From an uncultured Gemmatimonadaceae bacterium (GTDB lineage: Bacteria; Gemmatimonadota; Gemmatimonadetes; Gemmatimonadales; Gemmatimonadaceae): a DNA stretch of 64,000 nt. The DNA lies in the NCBI GenBank assembly GCA_963817955.1, contig CAWFQK010000003.1, positions 128,001-192,000 of the forward strand. Reading direction: 5' to 3'. Of the stretch, positions 42,818-52,056 are shown piece by piece. The first letter of the stretch is position 1, and each line of letters opens with the position of its first letter. A program made the translations under genes and the position numbers. Under the pieces are notes generated by a model, which saw nothing but the letters and a program-made list of their open reading frames with translations, was not told the DNA's origin and searched no databases.

Positions 42818-43045
42818 TCACTTCAGTCGCGCCAATCGGACGGTAAACGTGAGCTTCTCGCCGTTATACGTCCACGCCCCAGAGAGCTCCAGTGTGTCGC
42901 GCTGCACGCGGTGTCGCACTCGTAACGTCCCGCATGCGCGCTGGCCCCCTCGAACGTGTCGCGCAGCTGGGCCGGGGTCACGGTTTCGCGTCTCCACGTG
43001 CGCCCCTTCGGCATGATCGTCGACGACATGTAGCCGTGCGGGTAA
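42818..43045 (-). pseudogene. Lipocalin-like domain protein, copy 2 (different deletion)
   Basis: GYMSSTIMPKGRTWRRETVTPAQLRDTFEGASAHAGRYECD; lacks 79 bp that copy 1 has. Confidence 0.7.
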
Positions 43046-43112
43046 AGATCAGGAGGCCATTGTAACCACCGGCAGGGCCGGCCGACAGAGCACATGAATG
43101 CGCCGCCATGCC

Positions 43113-43159
43113 GGCCAACGCAATCTCAGTTCCCTTGTCAGCTGAACCGATCGTTGGGT
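43113..43159 (-). mobile_element. Collapsed attC site (47 bp)
   Basis: ACCCAAC-GATCGGTTCAGCTGAC...AACTGAGATTGC-GTTGGCC, 4 nt after the VOC stop. Confidence 0.6.
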
Positions 43160-43163
43160 ACCG

Positions 43164-43562
43164 TCAACAGCTCTCCGCAGCGAGGGGCTGATGGAAGTAG
43201 TAGCACAACCCATCGGGCGCGACGACGAAGAATACCTGAACCCTAATGCCATGCTGTTCCTCGACACGCCAGTCGCCGGTGGTGACCCCCTTGGCCTCCA
43301 GCTCCGCGCGCGCCGCGTGGATATTGTGTACCAGGATGCCCGCGCCCTCTTGCGAGCTATCGCGGCCATTGACCGCAAACCCGATACGGACGCCGTCTCG
43401 TTCCATAATGACTGTGGGCCACGGCTCCAGCGTACGCTCCACCTGAACCATGGTGAAGTGTTGAGCGTACCAGGTCGCGGCGGCATCCAAATCGGCGACC
43501 GGTAAGGCCAAGATGTCGTCGCCGTATGGGAAGGCCTTCTCGAAAATGACGCGTTCCGCCAT
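43164..43562 (-). CDS. VOC/glyoxalase family protein
   Basis: LPVADLDAAATWY...FFVVAPDGLCYYF. Confidence 0.85.
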   Translation of the reverse strand: MAERVIFEKAFPYGDDILALPVADLDAAATWYAQHFTMVQVERTLEPWPTVIMERDGVRIGFAVNGRDSSQEGAGILVHNIHAARAELEAKGVTTGDWRVEEQHGIRVQVFFVVAPDGLCYYFHQPLAAESC

Positions 43563-43572
43563 GGGGGTTCCC

Positions 43573-43629
43573 TCAGCTTCAACGTTCGTTGTGCGTGCGG
43601 CGACGAAGGCAGGATGTTCGAGGCCTAAC
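43573..43629 (-). mobile_element. attC remnants: core GTTAGGC followed ~30 nt later by a left arm
   Basis: Minus strand reads GTTAGGC (43629-43623), then GCACAAC-GAACGTTGAAGCTGA (43594-43573). Confidence 0.55.
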
Positions 43630-43644
43630 CGGTCGGGCTGTCCT

Positions 43645-44133
43645 CTACCAGTGCGCGGCTGGAGTTTCCGAGTGGGCGACCGGGAGCCACGAGTCCTCAT
43701 GCTGGCTGTACACGGTCAGCACATACAAACGCGACGGGGCTTTCTGACCCCAGCACGTCGCGTCGACCGTGGCTTTGTAGCTGATCGTTGCCGTTCCGCC
43801 GACATGAGTAACACGAAAGTCACTCAACGCGTAGCTCACCGTCTGGCATCCCAGCACATAGCGAGCTGTCGACGCTGGAGACGTTCGTTTGATGCCGCTG
43901 ACGTCGATGTCGACCACGTCGCCGCCCATGAGGCGCGCGAATGTCGTCGTGTCGCGCGCCTTCAGTGCCTCCCATTGGGCGCGTTCGCGCTGCGCCAGGA
44001 GGGAATCCTGTGCGGTGTGCGCAGCGTCGAACGTCGGGTGCACGTCTGTCTGCTGGGCGAGTAAGCGCGCCGGCTGGCTCAGGACAAGCGCGCTCGCAGT
44101 AATCAGCACTTGCGCGGCAAATGACGCTTTCAT
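43645..44133 (-). CDS. Secreted DUF4440 / NTF2-like protein
   Basis: Signal peptide; WEALKARD..TF; W..VAHSETP. Confidence 0.8.
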   Translation of the reverse strand: MKASFAAQVLITASALVLSQPARLLAQQTDVHPTFDAAHTAQDSLLAQRERAQWEALKARDTTTFARLMGGDVVDIDVSGIKRTSPASTARYVLGCQTVSYALSDFRVTHVGGTATISYKATVDATCWGQKAPSRLYVLTVYSQHEDSWLPVAHSETPAAHW

Positions 44134-44187
44134 CGTGAACACTCCGTGAACGGTGGACCTGCACGAACAGCGTGCCGCGTCGTTGAA

Positions 44188-44769
44188 CTATCCGGTCTTC
44201 AAAGGCCCAGCGACCTTGTACGTACTGAGGATGATGCCAGACGGCATTACTTTCGTGCTGACGAGCTCGAATGAGCGCGGCGGGGTTCCCTCCGCAAAGA
44301 AGCGCTTCCCGGTGCCCAACAGGACCGGATAGACGACCAGCACGATGTCATCCGCGAGCCCCTGTTCGAGCAGGGTCGATGTCAGCGTGGAGCTACCCGA
44401 GAGGATGAGGTCCGCGCCGTCCTGCGACTTGATGCGGCGAACGCCCGCGATGATGTCCGGTCCAAGCGCAGCGAACGGGCCCCATTCAAGACTCTCCGGA
44501 CGGTGGGTAACGATGAATTTTGTTGCCGCATTGAGTCTGTCCGCCATCGGACTGCTCGGCGCCGTTGGCCAGAAGCCCGACCAGCTATCGTAGGTGCGAC
44601 GGCCAAGCAGCAGGTCGAAGCGCTCGCCATACGCGGCGAGCATTGCGTCCCGGCCAGCGGGGGTCCGATAGGGTGCGGTCCAGTCGCCGTAGGGGAAGTC
44701 GCCGTCTTCGCCGGAGACCTGGATCACTCCGTCCAGGGAGATGTGTTCGATAATTTTGAGCTTTCTCAT
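44188..44769 (-). CDS. Dihydrofolate reductase family (RibD C-terminal) protein
   Basis: HISLDGVIQ, LLGRRTY, GSSTL and YPVLLGTGKRFF motifs. Confidence 0.9.
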   Translation of the reverse strand: MRKLKIIEHISLDGVIQVSGEDGDFPYGDWTAPYRTPAGRDAMLAAYGERFDLLLGRRTYDSWSGFWPTAPSSPMADRLNAATKFIVTHRPESLEWGPFAALGPDIIAGVRRIKSQDGADLILSGSSTLTSTLLEQGLADDIVLVVYPVLLGTGKRFFAEGTPPRSFELVSTKVMPSGIILSTYKVAGPLKTG

Positions 44770-44892
44770 TTGACCCCGGGTTCTGGCCCGCCTCGACGGC
44801 TGCGAGATGTGTTACGGCGAGCCCGCCTGTTGAGTACAGCGGAGTGTATTTGCCATCGCAATCCTCAGGCCGCCCGGCAGGTTCAACGATGG

Positions 44893-45207
44893 TCAGGCGA
44901 CACGGAGCGGCTTAATCCGACTGACGTCTCCCTTGAGTTTCTGCGCGGCGTCCCACAGGTCGACAGCCCGTTGCGCGTTCAGCCAGAACTCGGGTGAATT
45001 CCCAAAGAGCCGCGACAACCGCAGCGCCATCTCGGGACTGAGGGCGCGGCGCCCGCGGAGCAGTTCGTTCACCGATTGCCGCGACACACGCGCCGCTTCA
45101 GCTAGTCCGGCCACCGTCAGTCCATACTCCGGCATAAAGTCTTCGCGCAGCATTTCGCCCGGATGGATCGGCCGTCGCAGCAGGGGCCGACTATTGGGGA
45201 TCGACAT
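44893..45207 (-). CDS. higA: HigA antitoxin
   Basis: PIHPGEMLREDF...NELLRGRR..SPEMALRL..FGNSPEFWLNAQ. Confidence 0.92.
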   Translation of the reverse strand: MSIPNSRPLLRRPIHPGEMLREDFMPEYGLTVAGLAEAARVSRQSVNELLRGRRALSPEMALRLSRLFGNSPEFWLNAQRAVDLWDAAQKLKGDVSRIKPLRVA

Positions 45208-45215
45208 GGCTCCTC

Positions 45216-45296
45216 CTAGTGATAATCGCAGATCTCAACGTCGTCGGCGTCGCCGAACAACTCTTCCGTGCGGCGATCGGCGAACGACTTGATCAC
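45216..45296 (-). pseudogene. higB: HigB toxin reduced to 26 aa by an in-frame deletion
   Basis: MIKSFADRRTEELF joined to GDADDVEICDYH: both HigB termini present, core absent. Confidence 0.85.
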
Positions 45297-45308
45297 GCCG
45301 TAATGTAA

Positions 45309-45324
45309 CGCGTCACGTGACGCG
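45309..45324. promoter_or_regulatory. Perfect 16-bp palindrome, putative HigA operator
   Basis: CGCGTCACGTGACGCG, 12 nt upstream of the higB start. Confidence 0.6.
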
Positions 45325-45345
45325 CGTCAGTTTCCCCTCGGTGTC

Positions 45346-45378
45346 ATCTAACACTCGAGCTAAAGCTGCAAAGCGATC
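45346..45378 (-). mobile_element. Right half of an attC site
   Basis: Minus strand GATCGCTTTGCAGCTTTAGCTCGAGT-GTTAGAT resembles the right arm of the attC at 49867. Confidence 0.65.
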
Positions 45379-45489
45379 ACTAAGGGTGGAGTCCTCGGTA
45401 AGCGGCGCGGCTTCGAGCCAGCGGCCGTCGGGGGCCAACGAATGCAGTTTGCCTCGACGCTGTCGTGGTCCAATCTCTTGATCGTCATG

Positions 45490-45990
45490 TCATATCGCAG
45501 AGCCCGTGCGCGGCGACACCCGCTCTGACGCGCGTGGAGGGGAAGGGCGTTCGATCGGACCGAGATCGAATGGGGGATGCTTGCCGTTGAGAAGGCGATA
45601 CGTTCCGCTGAGGTCGACATTCGCGCCGAAGCCGCACGCTAGGTCACTCCCCTCTTGCGCCACGAGCACTCGGCCAGGCGTAAAGCGCATGCGAATGCGA
45701 CAGTGGGTCTTAGCCTCGCGCTGCTCATACACCAGCGAGTCACCGAGCAACGGCAGCCGCGCATCAAGGACACCAAGGTGGTGGCCGGGCGCCGGATACC
45801 GACAGAGCACTTGCACGCGCACAGAGTCCTTAGTAATCGGCGCGGCTTCGAGCCAGCAGCCGTCACGGCCTGACGATGGCAGATGTGTCGTTCCCGTCGC
45901 ATACGTGCCCATCACGGGTGTGGGGCGTGGTGGCGATGCCTCCTGCGCCACGGCCACGCCACCTACCCCGGCGACGATGAGCATCCCCAT
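45490..45990 (-). CDS. Secreted hypothetical protein with 4 Cys
   Basis: Signal-like AVAQ; CWLEA..QVLC; CRI..ACGFGANVDLSGTY; start uncertain. Confidence 0.55.
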   Translation of the reverse strand: MGMLIVAGVGGVAVAQEASPPRPTPVMGTYATGTTHLPSSGRDGCWLEAAPITKDSVRVQVLCRYPAPGHHLGVLDARLPLLGDSLVYEQREAKTHCRIRMRFTPGRVLVAQEGSDLACGFGANVDLSGTYRLLNGKHPPFDLGPIERPSPPRASERVSPRTGSAI

Positions 45991-46135
45991 GGCCCCCCGA
46001 GCCAGCCGGCAGTAAGTCCCGCGGCGCGTCCCACGTTGGTGCAAAGGATCAATCTGCCCAATGGCACTCGGCGAAGTGCACCGAATGCGACGATTGTCCC
46101 CAAGACAGAACCCGCGAGGCCCGATCGTCATTCAC

Positions 46136-46699
46136 CTAGACTCGCAGCGAACATCGGAATCCCCGAGCGGCATAGTACGAGTCAGCACCGTTGTGATATA
46201 CGAAAACTGTGTCGTAGCGGCGATCGCAGAACAGCGCGCCACCAAGCTTCCGGACCTTGGCCGGTGTTTGCACCCAGCTGGACGTCGTCGTATCGAACTG
46301 GCCGAGCTCTTGGAGCCGCTGGTACTCAGCGACAGTGAGAAGTGCCGCACCCATGGCAGTCGCCATTTCAACCGCGCTGCTCTTGGGCTTATGCTCCTTC
46401 CGCGCCTCACGTGCTTCGCCGTCGTAGCAGACGCTTCGGCGCTCCTTGGGGCTCGGCGTTGAGCAATCCATAAAGATGATCTCGCCTGTCGCCGTATCGA
46501 GATCAACGACGTCAGGCTCACCCCCAGATTGCTCCATTTCGTTGAGCGACCAGAGTTTGGCAGCATTCGACTCGAGTCTCGCCTGCACTGCCGTCCATTG
46601 GAGACTCGCGTGGCGATGCCTCTGTGCCTCGAAGCGGGACTTCAGCGTTTTCAGCAAGGCGTCGCGTTGCTTCCCTGTAAGATTCTTTGCTTTTGGCAT
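46136..46699 (-). CDS. DUF4256 domain protein
   Basis: SLNEME.SGGEPDV, RRSVCYD and VFVYHNGADSYYAARGFR motifs. Confidence 0.85.
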   Translation of the reverse strand: MPKAKNLTGKQRDALLKTLKSRFEAQRHRHASLQWTAVQARLESNAAKLWSLNEMEQSGGEPDVVDLDTATGEIIFMDCSTPSPKERRSVCYDGEAREARKEHKPKSSAVEMATAMGAALLTVAEYQRLQELGQFDTTTSSWVQTPAKVRKLGGALFCDRRYDTVFVYHNGADSYYAARGFRCSLRV

Positions 46700-47079
46700 C
46701 CGTATCTGGGCTGTTGCGTAGCTGTCAGTGGGGCAAGATGTGCCGCTTAGACGTTGTCACTGGGCTGGCCCCGGGTCGGAGGTCATAGACCAGCCCATTC
46801 TCAAAGCGGATGATGGTCGTATCCTGAGAGTGACGGTGACCGAACTGGAATCGGCGTCGGCGCGCGCGGCGGCAGGAACACGAGCGTGAGCTGCGAACCG
46901 AAGATCAGTTTGAACGCGCCCACGACACCCCATACGGTGCCAAGCCCGAAAGAGACCTTTGCGAGCAGATCAGACGTCGCCGGTGAAATGGACAACTTCC
47001 AAGAAGGCGTGAGTTCTCATCCGTAAGGTATGAGCCAAACTGTTACGACTGGCAAGAGGTCGGCTCGCGCAGGGTCGCT

Positions 47080-47562
47080 TCAGCGTTTGTTCCCCGGTCG
47101 TTCTCTGACAGGAGCCTCGGCCAGTGAGACTGACACTGCTGGTGCAATGCCCACGCGAGGGATCTTCTCGCCGTTCCATTGAACGTACTTTGCGGACCCA
47201 ATGATGACGGCGGACCCGAGGTGCGGGTCTCGCGGTTGAGCGACCTTGAGATGCATGGATGCACCGCTCTCGACAGAGAAGAACACATGGGCACCCGCAC
47301 CGAGAGCGTTGACGGCGGTGAGAACGAGGGGCCCAGATGAACCTGGAGGCAGCGCGCCCCAGAGACGGACCTCCACGGCATAGCCCTGGAACTGCTGGAG
47401 CGCTCGTGTGAGGGGCTGGCGATTGGTAAGAACGCTTGTGGCGAGTAGAGCGGCGGAGCCAAGGCCCAGCACGAAGAAGATGAGCTTCGGGAAGAGGGCA
47501 CCAGCCGTGAAGGCGCCCATGGTGATCGCAGACAGCAAGACGCGAGAAGAAAGAGGGCGCAT
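47080..47562 (-). CDS. Hypothetical membrane protein
   Basis: Two N-terminal TM segments, then a beta-rich domain. Confidence 0.5.
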   Translation of the reverse strand: MRPLSSRVLLSAITMGAFTAGALFPKLIFFVLGLGSAALLATSVLTNRQPLTRALQQFQGYAVEVRLWGALPPGSSGPLVLTAVNALGAGAHVFFSVESGASMHLKVAQPRDPHLGSAVIIGSAKYVQWNGEKIPRVGIAPAVSVSLAEAPVRERPGNKR

Positions 47563-47619
47563 GCCTCACAAGGATGGCGATTCGGGCGTCAGGTTCAGCG
47601 ATCGGTGGTAGGAAGCGGC

Positions 47620-47883
47620 CTAGCGAGACTGAACGTCGAGAACGGCTACAATCCCGAGAAGTAAGATGGGAACCGCTATGAGCGCGAGTGGTAAGTAGAC
47701 CCGGCCATTTCCTAAGTTGGGCGTTGTATTGCTAAACGGAGGATCCGTACGCGGCCAGCGCTTCGGGTGAGACGGAACGAAGAGACGAGAATCACGCGCG
47801 CTCGCATAGAAGAAGTGGAAGCAATGCCAGTTGCTCTCGTTCTGCCACTCCTCTGCATTCCTTTCAGTCGATGCCAAAGACAT
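47620..47883 (-). CDS. Small DUF5808-like membrane protein
   Basis: EW..ESNW..FY....DSRLFVP...TPNLG plus a C-terminal TM. Confidence 0.55.
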   Translation of the reverse strand: MSLASTERNAEEWQNESNWHCFHFFYASARDSRLFVPSHPKRWPRTDPPFSNTTPNLGNGRVYLPLALIAVPILLLGIVAVLDVQSR

Positions 47884-48036
47884 TCTGTGATCTCCGATCG
47901 CTTCAAGCGACGGTGTGAATCTCGGGATCGATGCGCACTTGCGCGACCGTGCTCACGTCGCGAAGCGGCTCGAAGCGGCTCGAAACGGCGAGCGCAACGA
48001 CGATGATACCGAGTAGGCTGCCGTCAGTCAGAGGCC

Positions 48037-48744
48037 TTACACCCGAATGTAGGCGCACCCGGCATTTTGGGCGCGGGCGAGTCCGAATATTCCCGACGGC
48101 ACGGCATACGCCCCCTGAAGCAAGCCCGCGCGAAGGTCCGCATGCACATCCTCTGGACTTCTGCCCGACTTCGTAGCCAGCCGCTTGGACAGATGCCCCA
48201 TGGCAAAGTCGCAGACCAAGATGATGGCTCCGCGGTCGACGAGATCCGTGATGGTGGGTACCGTGATGCCTGGTGCAGGACTCGGGGCCCGATGCCAGAA
48301 CGGATTACGAATCGCTGGCTGCTGCGTTACCGGATCCTTGGCATTGTATTCGGCGCCAAGGGAATACTGCTCCCAGAGTCTGTCGGTCATGGCTGCGCCA
48401 ATGGCTTGGGTGCGGATATTCAGAACCACTCGCGCATCGTAGGCGCTCGCACCATAGGCGCTTCGACAGTTGTCGAGGTACCGCTCCGCGATCTCGAGGA
48501 TTATGGGGTCGGCTGGGTCACCAAGGCTCGGCCAATCGAATACGGCGCGGTCGGTGGCTGAGCGAAGCGTGTCGATCCAACGTAGATCCCAGTCTCCGCT
48601 CCCGCCGGTCGAAACATGCTGAATGCTCGGAGTAGAGGTTGCGACGGAAGGCCGAGCACATCCGGCGAGTGCGACCGTCGAAGCCAGTCGGCCCACATTG
48701 GTGAGAAAACCGCGGCGCGATTCTGCCGGTGTATCGATGCTCAT
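48037..48744 (-). CDS. Tat-exported DsrE-like (lipo)protein
   Basis: SRRGFL twin-arginine motif; LAGC; RGAIILVC; VPSGIFGLARAQNAGCAY. Confidence 0.75.
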   Translation of the reverse strand: MSIDTPAESRRGFLTNVGRLASTVALAGCARPSVATSTPSIQHVSTGGSGDWDLRWIDTLRSATDRAVFDWPSLGDPADPIILEIAERYLDNCRSAYGASAYDARVVLNIRTQAIGAAMTDRLWEQYSLGAEYNAKDPVTQQPAIRNPFWHRAPSPAPGITVPTITDLVDRGAIILVCDFAMGHLSKRLATKSGRSPEDVHADLRAGLLQGAYAVPSGIFGLARAQNAGCAYIRV

Positions 48745-48810
48745 TGCCTTCCTTATTTAGAAATCCGTGAGGTGGCCGAACGTCCGTCAGGGTGGTCCGG
48801 AGTCGACTGA

Positions 48811-49104
48811 TTAATCGGCCTCGTGGCGGTACGCATCAATCACCGACCAGACATTCCACACCAGCGCGACCAGCAATGCCCGGCGGCCACCCAGGCCCAG
48901 CGCGCCGAGGACATACGCGGCAACCGTTCCGAACTGAACGAGCGCCGTGATCCAGCGGCCTTGCATGAGCTGACCGAGTCCCGGCACGAGTGCACTCAAG
49001 CCCGCGTGCAGAAGTGCTCGCTCGCGATGTTCGCGTACCTCGACTTGCATGGACTCGATTGTCATAGGTGGCTCTGGAGTCGCCGCAAAAATGCTGGTGG
49101 TCAT
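48811..49104 (-). CDS. Small membrane protein
   Basis: LSALVPGLGQLMQGR...WSVIDAY motif. Confidence 0.65.
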   Translation of the reverse strand: MTTSIFAATPEPPMTIESMQVEVREHRERALLHAGLSALVPGLGQLMQGRWITALVQFGTVAAYVLGALGLGGRRALLVALVWNVWSVIDAYRHEAD

Positions 49105-49150
49105 TGACATTCCTCTTTGAGCAGGCGTGACACTGCCTACCGTATGAAGT

Positions 49151-49837
49151 TCATACATGCATCGGCGCGCTGATCCCTATCGGCGGATTCCGACCTGGGC
49201 GCCAATCGTGAATCTCGCCACCAACGAGACGCAATGCAGTGGCAAACTCCTCGTTCGGCTTCAGCGCTTCAGGCGTTGAGGAGAGTTCAACCACTTTGAT
49301 TTGGACCGCGATGCTGCAGTCGCCGGCAGTCACGTCGACCTCCGTCACCCCCCGGGCCTTTGGATATAGCCGTCCATTCCGTAGGACCACGACTTGAGTA
49401 TCACGCACCGAGGCTGTCCCGGCGAGCAAGGTGACGGGATTCCCGTCGAGGCCGACAGCGCCCACCATTAGCTCGCGCGGTGGATCGGTGGTGAGCAATC
49501 GCACGGTCGCCGGCAGCCGAAAGCCGAGAATAGGTCGGCACCGGACAATGAAGCGCGTCGAGAGTTCAGCGCGCGTCACTCGAATTTCAGCATCGGTCGG
49601 CTGCCAACAGGTCACGACGCCATTGTCGGACAGTTGGACATCGCCACCGGACACGAGTTCATAGCGCGTTCCGCTTGCGCTCACAATGCGTCCCGCCGCA
49701 TTGCGGGCGGCGACGGGCAAGCGTGTCGCCGTGCGGCTATTCACCACCACCCTATCGGGTACAGCCAGGCGCGCGGGGCGCCGGTCGACACATGCTGTGA
49801 TGAGGAAAAGGAGAGCGGGCCTACATAGCCAGCGCAC
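49151..49837 (-). CDS. Lipoprotein with Ig-like domains (possibly truncated)
   Basis: ITAC lipobox; two Big-2-like beta segments; starts just after an attC. Confidence 0.6.
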   Translation of the reverse strand: MRWLCRPALLFLITACVDRRPARLAVPDRVVVNSRTATRLPVAARNAAGRIVSASGTRYELVSGGDVQLSDNGVVTCWQPTDAEIRVTRAELSTRFIVRCRPILGFRLPATVRLLTTDPPRELMVGAVGLDGNPVTLLAGTASVRDTQVVVLRNGRLYPKARGVTEVDVTAGDCSIAVQIKVVELSSTPEALKPNEEFATALRLVGGEIHDWRPGRNPPIGISAPMHV

Positions 49838-49866
49838 GTGCGTTCCTCACCAGTGAGTTGGTGGCA

Positions 49867-49968
49867 ACCGAACGCCCGAGCTAAGAGCTGCACAGGGGAT
49901 CACATAAGAGTGATGCCGAGGGCATCACAATGCAATAAACCCTTCGTCAGCTTCAGCGTTCGTTGCGT
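49867..49968 (-). mobile_element. attC recombination site
   Basis: Minus strand ACGCAAC-GAACGCTGAAGCTGACGAAGGG...TGATGCCCTCGGCATCA hairpin...CCCCTGTGCAGCTCTTAGCTCGGGC-GTTCGGT. Confidence 0.8.
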
Positions 49969-49987
49969 GCAGGTTGAGATGGCGATG

Positions 49988-50296
49988 CTACGCGGGTGGG
50001 CGATCAGGGTCGGGGAAACGCCGCGTGGCGCGGAAGACCGTCAGGATTTCGACGCACGAATCTCGCAACTCGTAGACGATGCGATAGCTGCCGTGAATCA
50101 CTTCTCGCACGGTGGACTCGCCCAGTTCCGGCACGACGCGCCCACTCTCTGGGAACTGAGTCAGCCGCGTAACCGCATGCACCAGTCGGTCGACGACCAC
50201 GGCGGCATACCGCGGTGAGGTGCGCGCAATGAAGGCTGAGATCTCGCTCAGATCATTGACCGCCGCGGCAGACCAGACGATGCCCGGAGAAGTCAC
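49988..50296 (-). CDS. RelE/ParE family toxin
   Basis: IVWSAAAVNDL...FPESGRVVPE...REVIHGSYRIVY. Confidence 0.9.
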   Translation of the reverse strand: MTSPGIVWSAAAVNDLSEISAFIARTSPRYAAVVVDRLVHAVTRLTQFPESGRVVPELGESTVREVIHGSYRIVYELRDSCVEILTVFRATRRFPDPDRPPA

Positions 50297-50478
50297 CGCG
50301 CGGAGAAGCGGCGAACCACCTCGTCGTGGCTAATGGTCCGCCCCGCCTGGAGGTCGGCCCGACCGCGCTCGATGCTTTCAAGGAAATACAGGCGCTCCAT
50401 GGCGTCCTCGAGCGTCGCATCGTCGGGAAGCTGTTCGATGGCGTGAAGAGCGAGTTGCTTGGGCGACGAATCAGCCAT
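50293..50478 (-). CDS. Antitoxin partner of ParE
   Basis: IEQLPDDATLEDAMERLYFLESIERGRAD..AGRTISHDEV; stop overlaps the toxin GTG. Confidence 0.85.
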   Translation of the reverse strand: MADSSPKQLALHAIEQLPDDATLEDAMERLYFLESIERGRADLQAGRTISHDEVVRRFSAR

Positions 50479-50740
50479 GAGAACTCCGGGGTCTCGGTGC
50501 GAACCGAAAGATATGCGAAGTGCGTACTCGATGAAGAGCTGAGCTCCGGAAGTTGGCCGAAGAATTGTGTCGGTCCTCAGCCTCAGAGGATCACTGCGGA
50601 AGAGTCGATTCACGGAAGAGCAAACCGTGCAGGTCATGCAGGAGTGGGATGCCGGCGGCAAGATCGCCGATCAAGCGCTGAACCTTCAGGTCATGAAGGA
50701 CCTCATCCAGTTCTCGTCAGTGGGAGTCTGACCGGGGCCG

Positions 50741-51100
50741 CTATCGGCCCACAGGTGTCTGGACGAGTTGGCGCACACGGCAGCCGTGCAGCAGGCCCGG
50801 TGAATACCGCCACGAAGTGAACGTCAGCCGGGCCTCCATGACAACGGCCGAATCGCTGACCTTCAGTGCACGAAAGGTGCGCGGCTGTGGCACGCCGACA
50901 GTATCGACTACGAACTGAATGAGATTATCAGGATTACGGACGGCCGCGGTCGGATGCACCCCCGCGGCGGTATCAGGCAGCCAGCGGACGGGCGTGGCCA
51001 TCTGGTACTCGAAGTGGATGCCTGAATCGGCACATACCGGAGACTGGCCGAATACCGTCGTGGGAAGTGCGAGCAGCGCGAGCATTAAGAGGAGTCTCAT
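50741..51100 (-). CDS. Small secreted TonB C-terminal-like protein
   Basis: Signal peptide; FEYQ; QFVVDTVG; WRYSPG..GCRVRQLVQTP. Confidence 0.7.
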   Translation of the reverse strand: MRLLLMLALLALPTTVFGQSPVCADSGIHFEYQMATPVRWLPDTAAGVHPTAAVRNPDNLIQFVVDTVGVPQPRTFRALKVSDSAVVMEARLTFTSWRYSPGLLHGCRVRQLVQTPVGR

Positions 51101-51178
51101 CGGCGTCGTCCAATAGTAGTGTGTGCCAGTCTAGAAAGTATAACTGGGATGGCCTCCGACCATCGCGTGGGGCAATCG

Positions 51179-51921
51179 TCAGATGAAGGTCATGCGGGCC
51201 GCTTCCCGCTTGCCTTGGGCGAAACCGGCACGAGCGGTGGGGATACGGGTCGCCAGGTCCATCAGGTTCGTGCCCATTGCGGCTCGGGAATCGGCGTCCG
51301 GCGTAATCACCTCGACGCGGCTGCGCTGTTTGCGCAGGTCCTCGACCTGGCTTGCCAAGTCCGTGCGCCATTCCGGTGCCCTGCGCAGGCCCTCGAACTG
51401 TCCGGGTTCTGTCCGGGTCCGTCCGCCCAATGGCGAGAGCACCACGACGTTCGCATAGCCCGAGGCAAGGTCGGCGTTTTCGGCGGAGCGCACGCCACCG
51501 TCTATGTAGCGAGCGCCGTTGATGCGGTGCGTGGGGACCAGACCAGGCAGCGCGCAGCTCGCGGTGACCGCGTCCACCAGCTCGACGCCGGAATCGCGGT
51601 CGAACGCAGCCAACTCGCCGGTGTGTGCGTCGATGGCCGTCACGATCATCGGCCTGTCCGGCCATTCAGGGCGAGGCAACCTGGCGGCGACCGTTGCGCG
51701 CCGCTGTTGCGCCGCGGGTTCGAGTATGGAGTCGCTTTCCAACCCGAACGCGCCCATCGCACGCTGTAGGTCGGCTGCCGAGGTGGTGGCGGCGCCGATC
51801 ACCAGATCGGCGGCCTCTGTCATATCGAGACCACCTTCGGCTAGACCTGCGATGATACCGTCAGCCACGTGTTTCCGGCAGCACCACCACCACCGAGAAC
51901 CAGAGCAACTCTGTGAGTCAT
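51179..51921 (-). pseudogene. Patatin-like phospholipase, frameshifted and internally deleted
   Basis: MTHRVALVLGGGGAAG is in a different frame from the body; the GxSxG motif is missing after ADLVIG; ASCALPG and YIDGG are retained. Confidence 0.8.
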
Positions 51922-52056
51922 TTACCCACTATATGCAATCGTCCTTGGAGACGCCAATGCGCCCCATGTCGGCAGAGCCTGCTACCTTTCCTGCTCGGTC
52001 AATCATCTATCTCGAACAGGTGGCAAGAGACACCTTTGCGCGAGTAGCATTAGGGA

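Noticed and set aside
44160..44190. Possible collapsed attC sites here and near 47035, 47590, 48775, 50715 and 51130
   Set aside because: Only core-like heptamers or one weak arm; not distinguishable from chance by eye, so not listed as features.
40462..45864. Diverged repeat pairs as a DGR template/variable region
   Set aside because: Mismatches are not adenine-specific on one strand, and there is no reverse transcriptase in the window.
47961..47990. CGAAGCGGCT repeated about three times
   Set aside because: Too short, with no spacers; not a CRISPR array or an iteron set that I can support.
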